Part shown: positions 10,092 to 20,258 of the stretch, piece after piece
How the letters are laid out: every line of letters starts with the position of its first letter
How positions within the stretch are numbered: the stretch's first letter is position 1
DNA from: Cyanobacteria bacterium auto_48_18
GTDB taxonomy: Bacteria; Cyanobacteriota; Vampirovibrionia; Obscuribacterales; Obscuribacteraceae
DNA: 64,000 bases
Assembly: GCA_036170915.1 (NCBI GenBank)
Contig: JAVHQC010000004.1
Coordinates: 1 to 64,000, forward strand
Reading direction: 5' to 3'
Made by a program: the position numbers and the translations under genes
The notes under the pieces: model-generated
Database searches by the model: none
The model's input: only the letters and a program-made list of their open reading frames with translations
What the model was told of the DNA's origin: nothing

Positions 10092-11375
10092 CTAATGATT
10101 TAGAGCTCTTACCGCGTCTGCCGCCGCTGCCAGCAAAAGCAAATCCTGATTTTTGCCACCAATTAATGAAATTCCGGAGGCTAAGGGCCGACTACTTTTC
10201 GTCAGCCCGTTCTGCTGCCCATATTGCCGCTCATATTGGTTCAAGAAGACGGGAATTGTCACCTGTGGTAAGCCAGCAAAAGAGGCAATTGAGCAAAGCT
10301 GCATATTGGCCAGCCGATTTTCTTGCAGCTGGTCGGCAGGTGATATCTTCAGTGGTGGCAAGCCAACCGTGGTGGGAAGGCAGAAGAATGTATGATCACC
10401 TAAAATCTCCGCTAAAAATTGCTGTAAGTGCTTTTGCACCATGCGCGCTTTGTTGGCATCACCTGCAGTGGCATTGCGGCAAAGCAGAAAGCGACTTTTA
10501 ATGCTTTCAGCCATATCAGGATTGACTGATTCAATCCACTGACCATGGCACTGCCAGGCCTCATAGCCACGAATGGCGGCGAAATTCTCCACTATTTCCT
10601 CAAGGGTCTTGGGCATTTTTGCATCGTGCTGGGGCAGGAGAGTTTGCACTGTGGTGACTTTTTCAAAACACGATTTAAGCCTCTGCAATGCCGCCATCAT
10701 ATCTGGTGCAAGATTTGCGCTGAGCATTTGAAAACATTCGTCTAAAATAATCAATTTTTTTCTGGCGGCGATTGTGCTTCTCTCTTGCTCATTTCGATCA
10801 TAAAGCAGGCAGGAAGCTACTTTGGTCAGTATTTCAATGTCTGATGCCAGAATGCCAACCGTGTCAAAAGATGGCCCCAGAGGTAGGAAACTATCACTAT
10901 TAATGGCGTCAAAAGTAGGCCGCAGGCTGTAAATGCCGCAGTAACTGGCAGGCACGCGAATTGATCCGGCAGTATCAGTGCCGATACCAAAATCAACCAG
11001 CCCTGCTGCCACCATCGATGCCGGGCCGCTGGAAGAACCGCCTGGAATGCGCTCGGGCCATTGAGGGTTGACCGGCGTGCCGAAATGCACGTTGATGCCA
11101 TCAAGGCTTAAAGCCAATTCATCGCTACAGGCTTTTGCCACTAGACGCGCGCCCTGTTCTAGAAGCAAATCGATCACTGGTGCGTTTGTTTTCTCCACCT
11201 CGTGGGTGGCTTGCCAGTCTATATTACCAAAGCCTGTGGTTTCACCGGCGATGGCACAAATATCCTTAACGGCAAAGCTAAGACCTTGCAACTTATGGCC
11301 CTGAGGCTGGCTCAGAGCTATATCGAGGGGCTTGACGATACCATCGAAGGCCTGCAGTGGATTGTTGAGCGCCAT
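10092..11375 (-). CDS. Amidase-signature family amidase
   Basis: AVKD catalytic Lys, GGSSSG and GTDTAGSIRVPA signature. Confidence 0.92.
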   Translation of the reverse strand: MALNNPLQAFDGIVKPLDIALSQPQGHKLQGLSFAVKDICAIAGETTGFGNIDWQATHEVEKTNAPVIDLLLEQGARLVAKACSDELALSLDGINVHFGTPVNPQWPERIPGGSSSGPASMVAAGLVDFGIGTDTAGSIRVPASYCGIYSLRPTFDAINSDSFLPLGPSFDTVGILASDIEILTKVASCLLYDRNEQERSTIAARKKLIILDECFQMLSANLAPDMMAALQRLKSCFEKVTTVQTLLPQHDAKMPKTLEEIVENFAAIRGYEAWQCHGQWIESVNPDMAESIKSRFLLCRNATAGDANKARMVQKHLQQFLAEILGDHTFFCLPTTVGLPPLKISPADQLQENRLANMQLCSIASFAGLPQVTIPVFLNQYERQYGQQNGLTKSSRPLASGISLIGGKNQDLLLLAAAADAVRALNH

Positions 11376-11398
11376 TAACTAAATTAGTAGTGACTAAA

Positions 11399-12628
11399 TC
11401 AATAGACGCGCGCTGGTCTACCTGTAACCTTAACCGTTTCGATTTTTCCAGCTACGGGCTCACGACCAAATGATGTGCCGAGACTCTCATAGAGAGCCAC
11501 GTCTTCTGGGCTGACGAAGCGTTGTTTAATGGCGTCGGCTACATCCATATATTCAATTTTGCCGGCCTGATAAGAAACCACAGTGACACCAAATGTGCCT
11601 TGTGATATCAGTTCGACGGCAGCTGAACCTACTTCCAAACCAAAATTGGCATCTACCGGTGTGGCGAACCCGCAGCGCACTAAGTGCCCTGGTCGCAAAT
11701 CACGCACTTCGGGAATCTCATAAACGCCTTCCACAAATTGTCCTGTGCGTTTCATGAATGCTTTGATTTCAGGGTCGGCCTTAATGCGGTCGCTCAATTG
11801 TTTGACCACATAGGTACCTGCGCCGATTAATTTGCGGTGGCCAAACGAATCTGGCTGCGAGTTCATGTCGACCAGTTCGTTACCTGACGAATCGCGCAAA
11901 CCTTCCGCCACCACAATCATTACCGTCCCTGCAAAAACGTCGCTTTCTTCCACGCGTTTGATGAACAGGCCTTTGACGTGTTTGTAGAGCACGTCGAAGT
12001 CCACAGGTATTTCAGGAATGAGAATAGCGTCGGCGTCCGCCGCCACCCCTCCACGGAAGGCCGTGTGGCCGGCATAGCGGCCGAAAACTTCCATCACCAA
12101 AATGCGATTGTGAGTGCGGCCGGTGGTGTGCAAATCGCGCACCTGCTCAGCAATGCGATTGATTGTAGAGTCACCACCCACGCTATAGGGCATCAGGTCG
12201 AGGTCCATGGTCTTGGGCGCGTGCACGCAGGGAATGCCTTGCGCTGACAGGTCGACCACCACGCTACCGGTATCGTCGCCGCCGGCAATCACCAGTGCGT
12301 CAAGATTGAACTTTTTCAGGCCGTCTTTAATGCGCTCATATTTGTTGTCATCTTTAATTTTTGAGACTTTGACGCGCGAGTTGCCCGCTTCAGACCCTGC
12401 CAGGAAGACGTCGATTTCGGCCACGCGCTCTCGAGTAAGTTTGGTCAGCGCTTTCATGTCGACCAGGTTGTAGAGGCCGGCGTATCCATTGGGAATGATC
12501 CAGGCAGTCATACCTTTACTTAAGGCCGAGAGTGCCGCCCCTTTAATGACGCCGTTTAATCCGCCGCAATCCCCGCCAGAGGTGATAATTCCGATGTTTT
12601 TCACGCGGCCTCCATATATGCCAGACAA
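11399..12628 (-). CDS. pfp: 6-phosphofructokinase, probably PPi-dependent
   Basis: TSGGDCGG, GGDDT, PKTMDLD, EVFGR; GGDD plus PKT is the PPi-type signature. Confidence 0.85.
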   Translation of the reverse strand: MSGIYGGRVKNIGIITSGGDCGGLNGVIKGAALSALSKGMTAWIIPNGYAGLYNLVDMKALTKLTRERVAEIDVFLAGSEAGNSRVKVSKIKDDNKYERIKDGLKKFNLDALVIAGGDDTGSVVVDLSAQGIPCVHAPKTMDLDLMPYSVGGDSTINRIAEQVRDLHTTGRTHNRILVMEVFGRYAGHTAFRGGVAADADAILIPEIPVDFDVLYKHVKGLFIKRVEESDVFAGTVMIVVAEGLRDSSGNELVDMNSQPDSFGHRKLIGAGTYVVKQLSDRIKADPEIKAFMKRTGQFVEGVYEIPEVRDLRPGHLVRCGFATPVDANFGLEVGSAAVELISQGTFGVTVVSYQAGKIEYMDVADAIKQRFVSPEDVALYESLGTSFGREPVAGKIETVKVTGRPARVY

Positions 12629-12827
12629 TCTTCTTTAGTCTTTTAAACCAAGTAACTGCTTGTATTTAGCATGTCGGCAGCCCCCATTAAGTCTTGACTG
12701 CTCGAAGGTTCAAGCACGGTAACAAAATTTAAGCTTTCAAATTGAACTTTTTCAGTACTAAATACGTAAACCCTTTAAGAAGGACTATTTAAAGAGTCAA
12801 AAACTGCCCCATTTGGAGAAAAATTCT

Positions 12828-14525
12828 ATGAAACGGCAGATTCAGGCTTTATCTCTCAGCTTTAGCCTGCTAGCCCCCATTTTTTGTCAGGGGCCGGCTC
12901 AATATGCCTGGGCTAAACCGCTGCAAGTGGCGGCTACTACCCCGGTGCGCGCAGACGCTGACGATCAAGTGGTGCAAGTATTAAACCGGCTCACTCTTGG
13001 TGCTGCTCCTGGAGATTTTGACAGGGTAAAAGCCATGGGGGTTAAAGCGTATATACAAAGTCAGCTGCATCCAGAGTCTATTGCTGAAGCGGAGATTGTA
13101 GACAATCAGGTGCGCTCCGCCGACATTATCCATATGAAATCGAGCGATTTAATTCAGAAATATCGCATGGCCCTTCAGCAACAAAAAGCTCTCAAAAAAC
13201 AGCAAGCTCAGGCCCAGGACGCTGCCGATGGCAGTGAGAAAAAAGATGCGATGATGGCCGACGCAAATACTGCCGGCAATAATCTGCGCAATGCCGTTGG
13301 CAGTGGCAAGATTGGCAAAGGCAAGATCGGCAATGGCAAAAATGGCCAGAACATCAAAGGCAATAATCAGAAAAAAACATACGTTCGAGATACTGCTGAG
13401 GCCATCATCAAGACTCGTCTAGTGAGGGCAATCTACAGCCAGCGCCAGCTGCAAGAAGTGATGGTCGATTTCTGGTTCAATCATTTCAATATCAGCATTA
13501 ACAAAGGCCTAGACCGTGTGCTTGTGGGCCCATACGAAGAACAAGCCATTCGACCCAATGTGCTGGGAAAATTCCGCGATATTCTCGGGGCAACTTGTTA
13601 TCACCCGGCTATGCTCTTTTATCTCGATAATGCTCAAAACGCAGCCGCCGGAACTCCCGGGCCGAAAGGCAAAAAAATTGGCTTGAACGAAAACTATGCC
13701 AGAGAACTGATGGAGTTGCACACACTTGGTGTTGATGGCGGCTACAGTCAAAAAGACGTCATTGAGTTGGCCCGTGTGCTTACCGGCTTAAGCATTCCGC
13801 TGCCAGGGTTGCGTCGCATGGCCGCAGAAAATAATAGTGCTTCGGCTGGATACTTTGGGCAGTTTTATCCAGCCAGACATGATCGTGGCGAAAAAGTAAT
13901 TCTGGGCCACAAAATTGCCGCTAGTGGTGCTAAAGAAATTGAAGAAGCATTAGATTTACTTGCTCGCCATCCTTCTACTGCTAAACATATCAGTTATAAA
14001 CTGGCCCAATATTTTGTCGCCGACGAGCCGCCACCCGCCCTGGTGCAGCGCCTGGCGCAAAAGTTTACCGAGAGTGATGGTGATATAAAATCGGTTTTGA
14101 CCACATTGTTTGACAGTCCAGAATTTTTCGATAATCGCAATTTAAACGCTAAATATAAGAGCCCATACCGTTATGCCATATCAGCTTTGCGGGCTACAGG
14201 CGCTCAACCTGCGCGCTACGAGCTCGTGGCCAATTTCCTCAAAATGCAGGGTCAGCCTTTGTACGGTTGTCTTACACCTGATGGATACAAAAATACCAAA
14301 GCGGCCTGGCTCAACTCAGATGCCTTGCTGAAGCGCATAAATTTTGCCACTGCTCTTGGTAGTGGTGCTATGCCGCAAATAGGGGGCATCGTTAGTTATG
14401 ACCAAATCGCCGATACCGTCAATGGTGGCAAGTTAAACGCCAAAACCGAAGCCGTGATCGCAAAAACTCCCCCTCCGTTAAAGGCGGCAATTTTGCTTGG
14501 TAGCCCAGACTTCATGAGTTATTAG
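12828..14525 (+). CDS. DUF1800 family exported protein
   Basis: Signal peptide; FWFNHF, PAMLFYLDN, NENYARELMELHTLG; ATG at 12828 follows GGAGA. Confidence 0.9.
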   Translation: MKRQIQALSLSFSLLAPIFCQGPAQYAWAKPLQVAATTPVRADADDQVVQVLNRLTLGAAPGDFDRVKAMGVKAYIQSQLHPESIAEAEIVDNQVRSADIIHMKSSDLIQKYRMALQQQKALKKQQAQAQDAADGSEKKDAMMADANTAGNNLRNAVGSGKIGKGKIGNGKNGQNIKGNNQKKTYVRDTAEAIIKTRLVRAIYSQRQLQEVMVDFWFNHFNISINKGLDRVLVGPYEEQAIRPNVLGKFRDILGATCYHPAMLFYLDNAQNAAAGTPGPKGKKIGLNENYARELMELHTLGVDGGYSQKDVIELARVLTGLSIPLPGLRRMAAENNSASAGYFGQFYPARHDRGEKVILGHKIAASGAKEIEEALDLLARHPSTAKHISYKLAQYFVADEPPPALVQRLAQKFTESDGDIKSVLTTLFDSPEFFDNRNLNAKYKSPYRYAISALRATGAQPARYELVANFLKMQGQPLYGCLTPDGYKNTKAAWLNSDALLKRINFATALGSGAMPQIGGIVSYDQIADTVNGGKLNAKTEAVIAKTPPPLKAAILLGSPDFMSY

Positions 14526-14549
14526 CTTCTTAAATTGGCTCTTAATCAG

Positions 14550-14605
<56 letters not shown>

Positions 14606-14649
14606 GTCAGCCTCCTCTATCGTCTTCCATTCTACTCAGGTGCAAAATT

Positions 14650-15903
14650 ATGAATCGTCGTGAATTTCTTCGATTGGCTGCGGCCTCTACATTAACAGCG
14701 ATGTTGCCTTCCCATGGTTGGGCATACAGCAATGTCGATGGTGCAAACCATAAAAAGCTAATCGTGATTTTGCTGCGGGGCGGCATGGACGGTTTGAACG
14801 TGATTGCCCCTTACGGCGACAATCAATATCAAACTATCAGGCCCACCATTGCTCTGCAAAAAGCCAACGGCCTGATTGATCTTGATGGCTATTTTGGTAT
14901 GCACCCAGCACTTGCGCCCTTGCAGCCACTCTATCAAAACAAGTCTCTGGCCTTTGTGCACGCTTGTGGCTCACCTGACCCGACTCGTTCGCATTTTGAT
15001 GCACAAGACTATATGGAATCGGGAGTGCCTGGACGTAAATCTGTCAGCTCCGGTTGGGTCAATAGACTGATTTCAGAGTTGCCTACTAAACATTCGCCCA
15101 TCAGAGCAATCAGCATTGGGCCTGTCTTACCTCGCATTTGCGCGGGTCCGGCCTCTGTGGCCACTGTGATGAAAAACATCAAGCAATCAAGAGGTGCTCT
15201 GGATCGCCCGCGGGTAGAAAACGCCTTTACCGATCTTTATTCTGGCCTCAACAATGATATTGGTGGTGCCTTTGCTGAAGGAATGGCGGCTCACAAAACT
15301 GTCAACAATATTCTTGCCATGCCGCAACCTAGCACCACGGGCAGTATGATGTCGATGGACAAAGAACAGATTGCCGCTAACCGCGGCGCGCTTGCGCCCA
15401 ATGCTTTTCCTAATTTCGGTAAGCAACTGGCCACTTTGTTCAGGCAAGATCCTACAGTGCAAGTAGCCTTTGTCGATTTTGGTGGTTGGGACACTCATGT
15501 GCGCCAGGGAGCAGAAGTGGGTCAGCTGGCCGGACATTTGACGCCGCTAGCCAAGGGTCTGGCCGATCTTGTCACTGGCCTGGGGCCGCTCTATAAAGAC
15601 ACCAGTATTGTGGTAATGTCTGAATTTGGCCGCACCGCTCGCGAAAATGGCAATGGTGGCACTGATCACGGCCACGGCAACGTTATGTGGCTTCTTGGTG
15701 GTGGCGTCACCGGTGGCAAGGTTTATGGCCGCTTTGGTGGGTTGACCCAGAATAATCTTTATGAAAATAGAGATGTACCGGCTACCACTGATTTTCGCAC
15801 GGTAATTGCCAGCGTACTCGGTGATCAAATGAACGTGTCAAAAGGCTCTTTGCTTAAGGTCTTTCCTGGTTTCCAAATGACAGGTTCAGCTTTCGTCTCT
15901 TAA
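14650..15903 (+). CDS. DUF1501 family protein with Tat signal
   Basis: MNRREFL Tat motif; LRGGMDGLN, RSHF, GGWDTH, SEFGRT, GTDHG. Confidence 0.92.
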   Translation: MNRREFLRLAAASTLTAMLPSHGWAYSNVDGANHKKLIVILLRGGMDGLNVIAPYGDNQYQTIRPTIALQKANGLIDLDGYFGMHPALAPLQPLYQNKSLAFVHACGSPDPTRSHFDAQDYMESGVPGRKSVSSGWVNRLISELPTKHSPIRAISIGPVLPRICAGPASVATVMKNIKQSRGALDRPRVENAFTDLYSGLNNDIGGAFAEGMAAHKTVNNILAMPQPSTTGSMMSMDKEQIAANRGALAPNAFPNFGKQLATLFRQDPTVQVAFVDFGGWDTHVRQGAEVGQLAGHLTPLAKGLADLVTGLGPLYKDTSIVVMSEFGRTARENGNGGTDHGHGNVMWLLGGGVTGGKVYGRFGGLTQNNLYENRDVPATTDFRTVIASVLGDQMNVSKGSLLKVFPGFQMTGSAFVS

Positions 15904-15925
15904 CTTAGCTTTCGTCTCTTAACTT
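15888..15925. repeat. 19-bp perfect tandem duplication spanning the DUF1501 stop codon
   Basis: AGCTTTCGTCTCTTAACTT x2. Confidence 0.9.
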
Positions 15926-15934
15926 AGGACTCAG

Positions 15935-16630
15935 CTAGCTCTGGCTAGCAGGTTTAGGCAATTCAAATTTATAGCCCACGCCATATACTGTTTGAATAAA
16001 CGATTCTTGATTTTCGCTGTCGATTTTCTTTCGCAGTCTTTTTACGCAAGTAGTGAGCGCGTTACTGGTGGCATCTGATTGCGATGACCAAACTCTGTCG
16101 AGCAGCGCTTCCTGGGTAAAAACCTGATTTGGGTGGCGCATGAGAAATTCCAGTAAGGCATATTCTGTCGGCAATAGCTTAATTTCGGCACCACCTTTGG
16201 TGACTTTATAAGTGCCGCGATCCACAAAAAGATCGCCAAAATTGAGCACTTCATCCACAAGAGTGCTGGGTCGCCTCAACAGTGCCCTTAGCCTTGCGCT
16301 CAATTCTTTCATGTGGAAAGGTTTTGTTAGATAGTCGTCAGCTCCGGCATCAAAACCTTCTTCTTTATCAACAATGGTGTGGCGGCCAGTGAGCATTATT
16401 ACTGGAGTATCTACGCCCAGTTTGCGCATTTCGTGCAGCACTTCGATACCGCTCATTTCTGGCAAGGTCCAGTCGAGAATGACCAGATCATATTTGTAAA
16501 AGCGCAATTTTTCCAAACCGTCTTTGCCGTCTGGAGCCATCTCTAACTGGTGATGTTCAAGCAAAAGCCAGTCTCGAATCATCCGAGACAAACCAGCGTC
16601 GTCTTCTACCAGCAGAATCTTTGCCATCAC
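15935..16630 (-). CDS. OmpR/PhoB-family response regulator
   Basis: LVEDD, LDWTLP, GADDYLTKPF; winged helix ending TVYGVGY. Confidence 0.95.
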   Translation of the reverse strand: MMAKILLVEDDAGLSRMIRDWLLLEHHQLEMAPDGKDGLEKLRFYKYDLVILDWTLPEMSGIEVLHEMRKLGVDTPVIMLTGRHTIVDKEEGFDAGADDYLTKPFHMKELSARLRALLRRPSTLVDEVLNFGDLFVDRGTYKVTKGGAEIKLLPTEYALLEFLMRHPNQVFTQEALLDRVWSSQSDATSNALTTCVKRLRKKIDSENQESFIQTVYGVGYKFELPKPASQS

Positions 16631-18468
16631 GCTCCCTTTCGCGGCAGTTTGAACCAGAATGTGCTGCCTTTGCTGTCAGCCTCAGGGCCGTCGTCTACAC
16701 CTATTGTGCCACCGTGTTCTTCAATTAATGCGCGGCAGATGGCAAGCCCTAAACCAGACCCGCCTTTGGCCGAACTGTCGCCGGCTTCTACCTGACGGAA
16801 ACGCTCAAAGATCGCTTCTCTTTGATTTTTAGGCACGCCCCTGCCCCGGTCGACGATGTCTACTTCAATTTCACTGCCGACTTTTAGCATAACGGCAATG
16901 CTGCCACCTTTTTCTGAAAATTTTATGGCATTGGCGAGTAAATTGACCACTACTTGAGTCAGCCGCTCAGGGTCGCCGTCAACATCAGGCTTCAGTGAGT
17001 CCTGGCTGGTAGCACCGGAATATGTAATTGCCACTCCTTGTTGTTTAGCAAAACCAGTGACCGATTCAATGGATCTGATAATTACAGAATTTAGGTCAAC
17101 TGTTTCCATCTCAAAAGTGAGCATGCCTGATTCAAGTTTTTCAATATCGAGAATATCGTTCACCAGGTGCACCACTCTGTCGATATTCATTTCAGCCAAC
17201 TCTAGACTTTCAGTGCCAGATTGTGAAAGCGCACCGTAAGCGTTGGCCCGCAAAAGATCTAGAAAGCCCTGTACCGAAGTCAGTGGTGTGCGCAAATCAT
17301 GGGAAATCATAGCTACGAAATCTTGCTTTAGATTTTCGATTTTTTTGCGTTCGGTAACATCATGGGCGACGCAAAAAAGCGTCTTCTCCTGGGCTGACCA
17401 CTGGGCGGTCCACACCATATCAACGAGGGTGCCGTTCTTATGTTTGATTTTGTTTTCAAAAGTGCCTTCGCCTTGCGCAGAAATAATCGCTGCAACGGTT
17501 TCTAAAGTCTCTTGAATATCAGGGCCATAAAGTAATTGACTGAATCTAAGGCCGATTAATTCATCGGCATTGTAACCCCAGACCTTTAGAGAGGCCGTGT
17601 TCATGCGGGCTATGCGGCTGTCACCATCAATGGAGCAAATCACTTCTACTGCATTTTCAACCACTGCCCGTTCTTTGCGCAATGCTTCAGCTAGAGCACC
17701 AGCCATGGTGCGAAAGGTGCGATCAAGAAGGGCAATTTCGTCATTGTCGCCTTTGATGGGTGGATTTAACGGCTGGTCGGCCGCCAACTTTTTTGTATTG
17801 TCTACCAGCGCCGTTAGCCTTCTTGTGGTGCCGCGATTGTAGTAAGCAACCAGTAATAATGCCAATAGAATATTGAAGACCACAGCAGCGAATATCAGAG
17901 CTTTGACACCATTGCGATATTGTACCTGTGCCTCTTTTTTCGCCAGCTGAACTGCCTGTTGCTCTTCCACCAGCTGGTCTACAAGTTTGAAAATGCGATT
18001 GAGTGTGCGCTGCACATTCACCCATTTTTTCATCAGTTCAATTTTGTCGCCCGTGACCATGGGCTCATGCGTGCTGTTTAAGTCAACGATGGCGACCTGG
18101 TTGAGATTTTCTAGTTTGGCAAAAATTTCTCTTTCATGATCGTTGTTGCGCACCAGATATTTAAGCTGTTTTGCTTCGCTGTTGAAGACATCGATTAAAT
18201 GGCGATAGCGGCTATGCTGACTTTCTGATTCGGTCAAATAGGTGAGAATACTTGAAATCCCTGCGTCCAAAAGTAAACGCAAAAGCCCGTTGGCGTGCGT
18301 GGCGACGTCGCGGGCGTGAGCTTCGCGTGCTCGCTCTTGCTCGGCTTGCTCTAAGAGCGTGACTAGCCCAGCCACAAACAGCAGTTCAAACACGAGCGGC
18401 ACTGAGACAAGAATAATTGCCTTGCGCGAAAGAGTTAAATTGAAACGACTAGACATACACTTACTCAA
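16627..18468 (-). CDS. Membrane sensor histidine kinase (TM-sensor-TM-HAMP-PAS-HisKA-HATPase), catalytically intact
   Basis: SHDLRTPL, NLLANAIKF, DRGRG, GSGLGL; overlaps its response regulator by 4 bp. Confidence 0.95.
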   Translation of the reverse strand: MSKCMSSRFNLTLSRKAIILVSVPLVFELLFVAGLVTLLEQAEQERAREAHARDVATHANGLLRLLLDAGISSILTYLTESESQHSRYRHLIDVFNSEAKQLKYLVRNNDHEREIFAKLENLNQVAIVDLNSTHEPMVTGDKIELMKKWVNVQRTLNRIFKLVDQLVEEQQAVQLAKKEAQVQYRNGVKALIFAAVVFNILLALLLVAYYNRGTTRRLTALVDNTKKLAADQPLNPPIKGDNDEIALLDRTFRTMAGALAEALRKERAVVENAVEVICSIDGDSRIARMNTASLKVWGYNADELIGLRFSQLLYGPDIQETLETVAAIISAQGEGTFENKIKHKNGTLVDMVWTAQWSAQEKTLFCVAHDVTERKKIENLKQDFVAMISHDLRTPLTSVQGFLDLLRANAYGALSQSGTESLELAEMNIDRVVHLVNDILDIEKLESGMLTFEMETVDLNSVIIRSIESVTGFAKQQGVAITYSGATSQDSLKPDVDGDPERLTQVVVNLLANAIKFSEKGGSIAVMLKVGSEIEVDIVDRGRGVPKNQREAIFERFRQVEAGDSSAKGGSGLGLAICRALIEEHGGTIGVDDGPEADSKGSTFWFKLPRKGA

Positions 18469-18529
18469 GTGCGACCGGTCAATAGTAACTCACATTAGAG
18501 CTTGAGCGCTATGTTCGCGATGGGAGGGC

Positions 18530-20173
18530 TTAAGCTACCGGCGGCGTGAAAGCCCAAACCTGCTCGCCGAAGCGATTGGGGCTGAATGCTCTGGTTGAAG
18601 TTGAATGCGTCCAACGGCCGCTTTTTGAGACGTTGGCGTAAACCATTAACTTACCGTCGTCACGGCCATCTACGATACCTACATGGGCATTACCGCCACC
18701 TCTCATGGCGTTGGTGCCAGGTTTGACGCCATAAATTACATCACCCGGTTTGGCCGTGGACAATGGCACCTTGTCCCAGCCGCGGCGCTCCAGCTGAGCT
18801 ACTAAAGCTCCTGCGGACAATTCTTTTTTGATATCAAGACCTGCCCTTTCAAGCACTTTTGACGTGGATATGGCACAGCCAAGGCGGCCATTATTAGTGG
18901 CTGTTGCATGGTCGGTCCACAGCTTGCGGCCCTCTAATGCTCGCGCACTGGCTACAATGTTTTCTGCTACTGGTGATTCATTGCCCTTCTGTCCGTCGGT
19001 TACCCCGCTGAGTTTATTCAGGCAAGCGACCATGGCACTGTCGCTTTTGGCTATATTACCTTTGCCGCTGCCTGAGCCGGGCATAATTAGAAACTCGATT
19101 TCTTTCTTGTCTGTGCCCCCGCTATTTGGATTACCGCTCAATCCCAGTGCTCGGCACAAGGCTTGCGAACCCTCTCCGATTTTATTTTTTGGACCATGGT
19201 CACCAAATATTGCCGGCACCATTTTTCCGGTGCGTATATTGCGTACGAATGCCATATCGCCCAGTTTGATGCCCAATTTCTTGTACTCGTCGGTCATGGG
19301 TAGAACAAAATAATTGATGTCAGTGGCGTCTAAACTACTACCGTCGCTGTGTGTCAAGCTGGTGAAGGCCTGGCCAAAAGGATCGTTACGCCAATCTGGC
19401 CCACCATCAGCATCAACGGCCAATTTTGAGCGCAGATAAACCATGCCGTTTGGCAACATTGTTAATTTGTCGGCGGGCAAATTTTTTGCCTGGTCTAAGA
19501 TCTGCCTGGCATTGCTCTCCGAGACACCAGACGGCGCGCGACTGCGAACAAAATTTTCGCTGTTGTCGTCAGAAGATCGGTTATTTCTGGTTTCGCTATT
19601 TCTTTGCCTGGGTCTTGCAGTCGATTCATGGTCATCACTGGATGCTCTGCGTAAGCGACTGTGATGCCCTCTGTTATTTTCTGAGTGCTCTAAGCGAGGA
19701 GCTTGAACTTCCATTGCTTTTTGAGCTTCTTTCGGTTTAGACAGTTCATATTTGCCATTTTTGTCAACGGTGCCATCGAGGCAGAGTCTGGCTTTTTTAC
19801 CCTCTATTTCTAAAACCGCAATGCGTGTTTTGTTCTCAGTTGGTTTTTCTACAATTTCAAAATGACGTGTTTTGCCTTTGTCGTCTACTTGCGACAATTT
19901 TCTGTGATTGGCAGTGTATAGTTTGTGAGCCGCTTCCAGCCGCTCTTCAGGCTTGTGCCCTTTTTCAAAAAGTGTTTTTTGTAATGCTTTGTGGTCGACA
20001 ATTTCTACTTTCGGCAAATGCTTTTTTTCTTCATGATTATCATTTGCTTTGGCTGGTACATGGTTGCGCTTGCTGGAGAATAGGCTGTCATGCGCCAGGG
20101 CGTGGCTCGGCTGATCATGCGCTTTATCTTTATTAGATTGGGCGTCGCTAACGTGTTTCTTCTCGGCCGGCAT
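18530..20173 (-). CDS. Multidomain protein: hydrophilic N-terminus, GH75 chitosanase-like domain, CHAP/NlpC-P60-like amidase domain
   Basis: LAVDADGG, IKLGD, GDHGP..KIGEGS..L...LG (GH75-like); GCAISTS, PGDVI, HVGIV (Cys-His amidase); no signal peptide. Confidence 0.7.
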   Translation of the reverse strand: MPAEKKHVSDAQSNKDKAHDQPSHALAHDSLFSSKRNHVPAKANDNHEEKKHLPKVEIVDHKALQKTLFEKGHKPEERLEAAHKLYTANHRKLSQVDDKGKTRHFEIVEKPTENKTRIAVLEIEGKKARLCLDGTVDKNGKYELSKPKEAQKAMEVQAPRLEHSENNRGHHSRLRRASSDDHESTARPRQRNSETRNNRSSDDNSENFVRSRAPSGVSESNARQILDQAKNLPADKLTMLPNGMVYLRSKLAVDADGGPDWRNDPFGQAFTSLTHSDGSSLDATDINYFVLPMTDEYKKLGIKLGDMAFVRNIRTGKMVPAIFGDHGPKNKIGEGSQALCRALGLSGNPNSGGTDKKEIEFLIMPGSGSGKGNIAKSDSAMVACLNKLSGVTDGQKGNESPVAENIVASARALEGRKLWTDHATATNNGRLGCAISTSKVLERAGLDIKKELSAGALVAQLERRGWDKVPLSTAKPGDVIYGVKPGTNAMRGGGNAHVGIVDGRDDGKLMVYANVSKSGRWTHSTSTRAFSPNRFGEQVWAFTPPVA

Positions 20174-20237
20174 TGTTTGATACCATTAACATTGTGGTGT
20201 GATAACTTTTAGTCTCGTAGAACCATATTAGGAAGAC

Positions 20238-20258
20238 ATTTTGTCAAACTTTTGGCAG
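20238..20258 (-). promoter_or_regulatory. 21-bp motif copy 1 (CTGCCAAAAGTTTGACAAAAT), upstream of the GH75/CHAP gene
   Basis: Exact match to 22971-22991; contains TTGACA on the minus strand. Confidence 0.6.

Noticed and set aside
12743..12770. TGAAC...CGTAAA upstream of DUF1800 as another regulon promoter
   Set aside because: Both elements deviate from GGAAC-N17-GTC; it could serve a different ECF sigma but a single instance is not supportable
18828..18837. TTGATATCAA cores at 18828 and 62041
   Set aside because: Only 10 of 16 bases, single copies and inside coding sequence; compatible with chance
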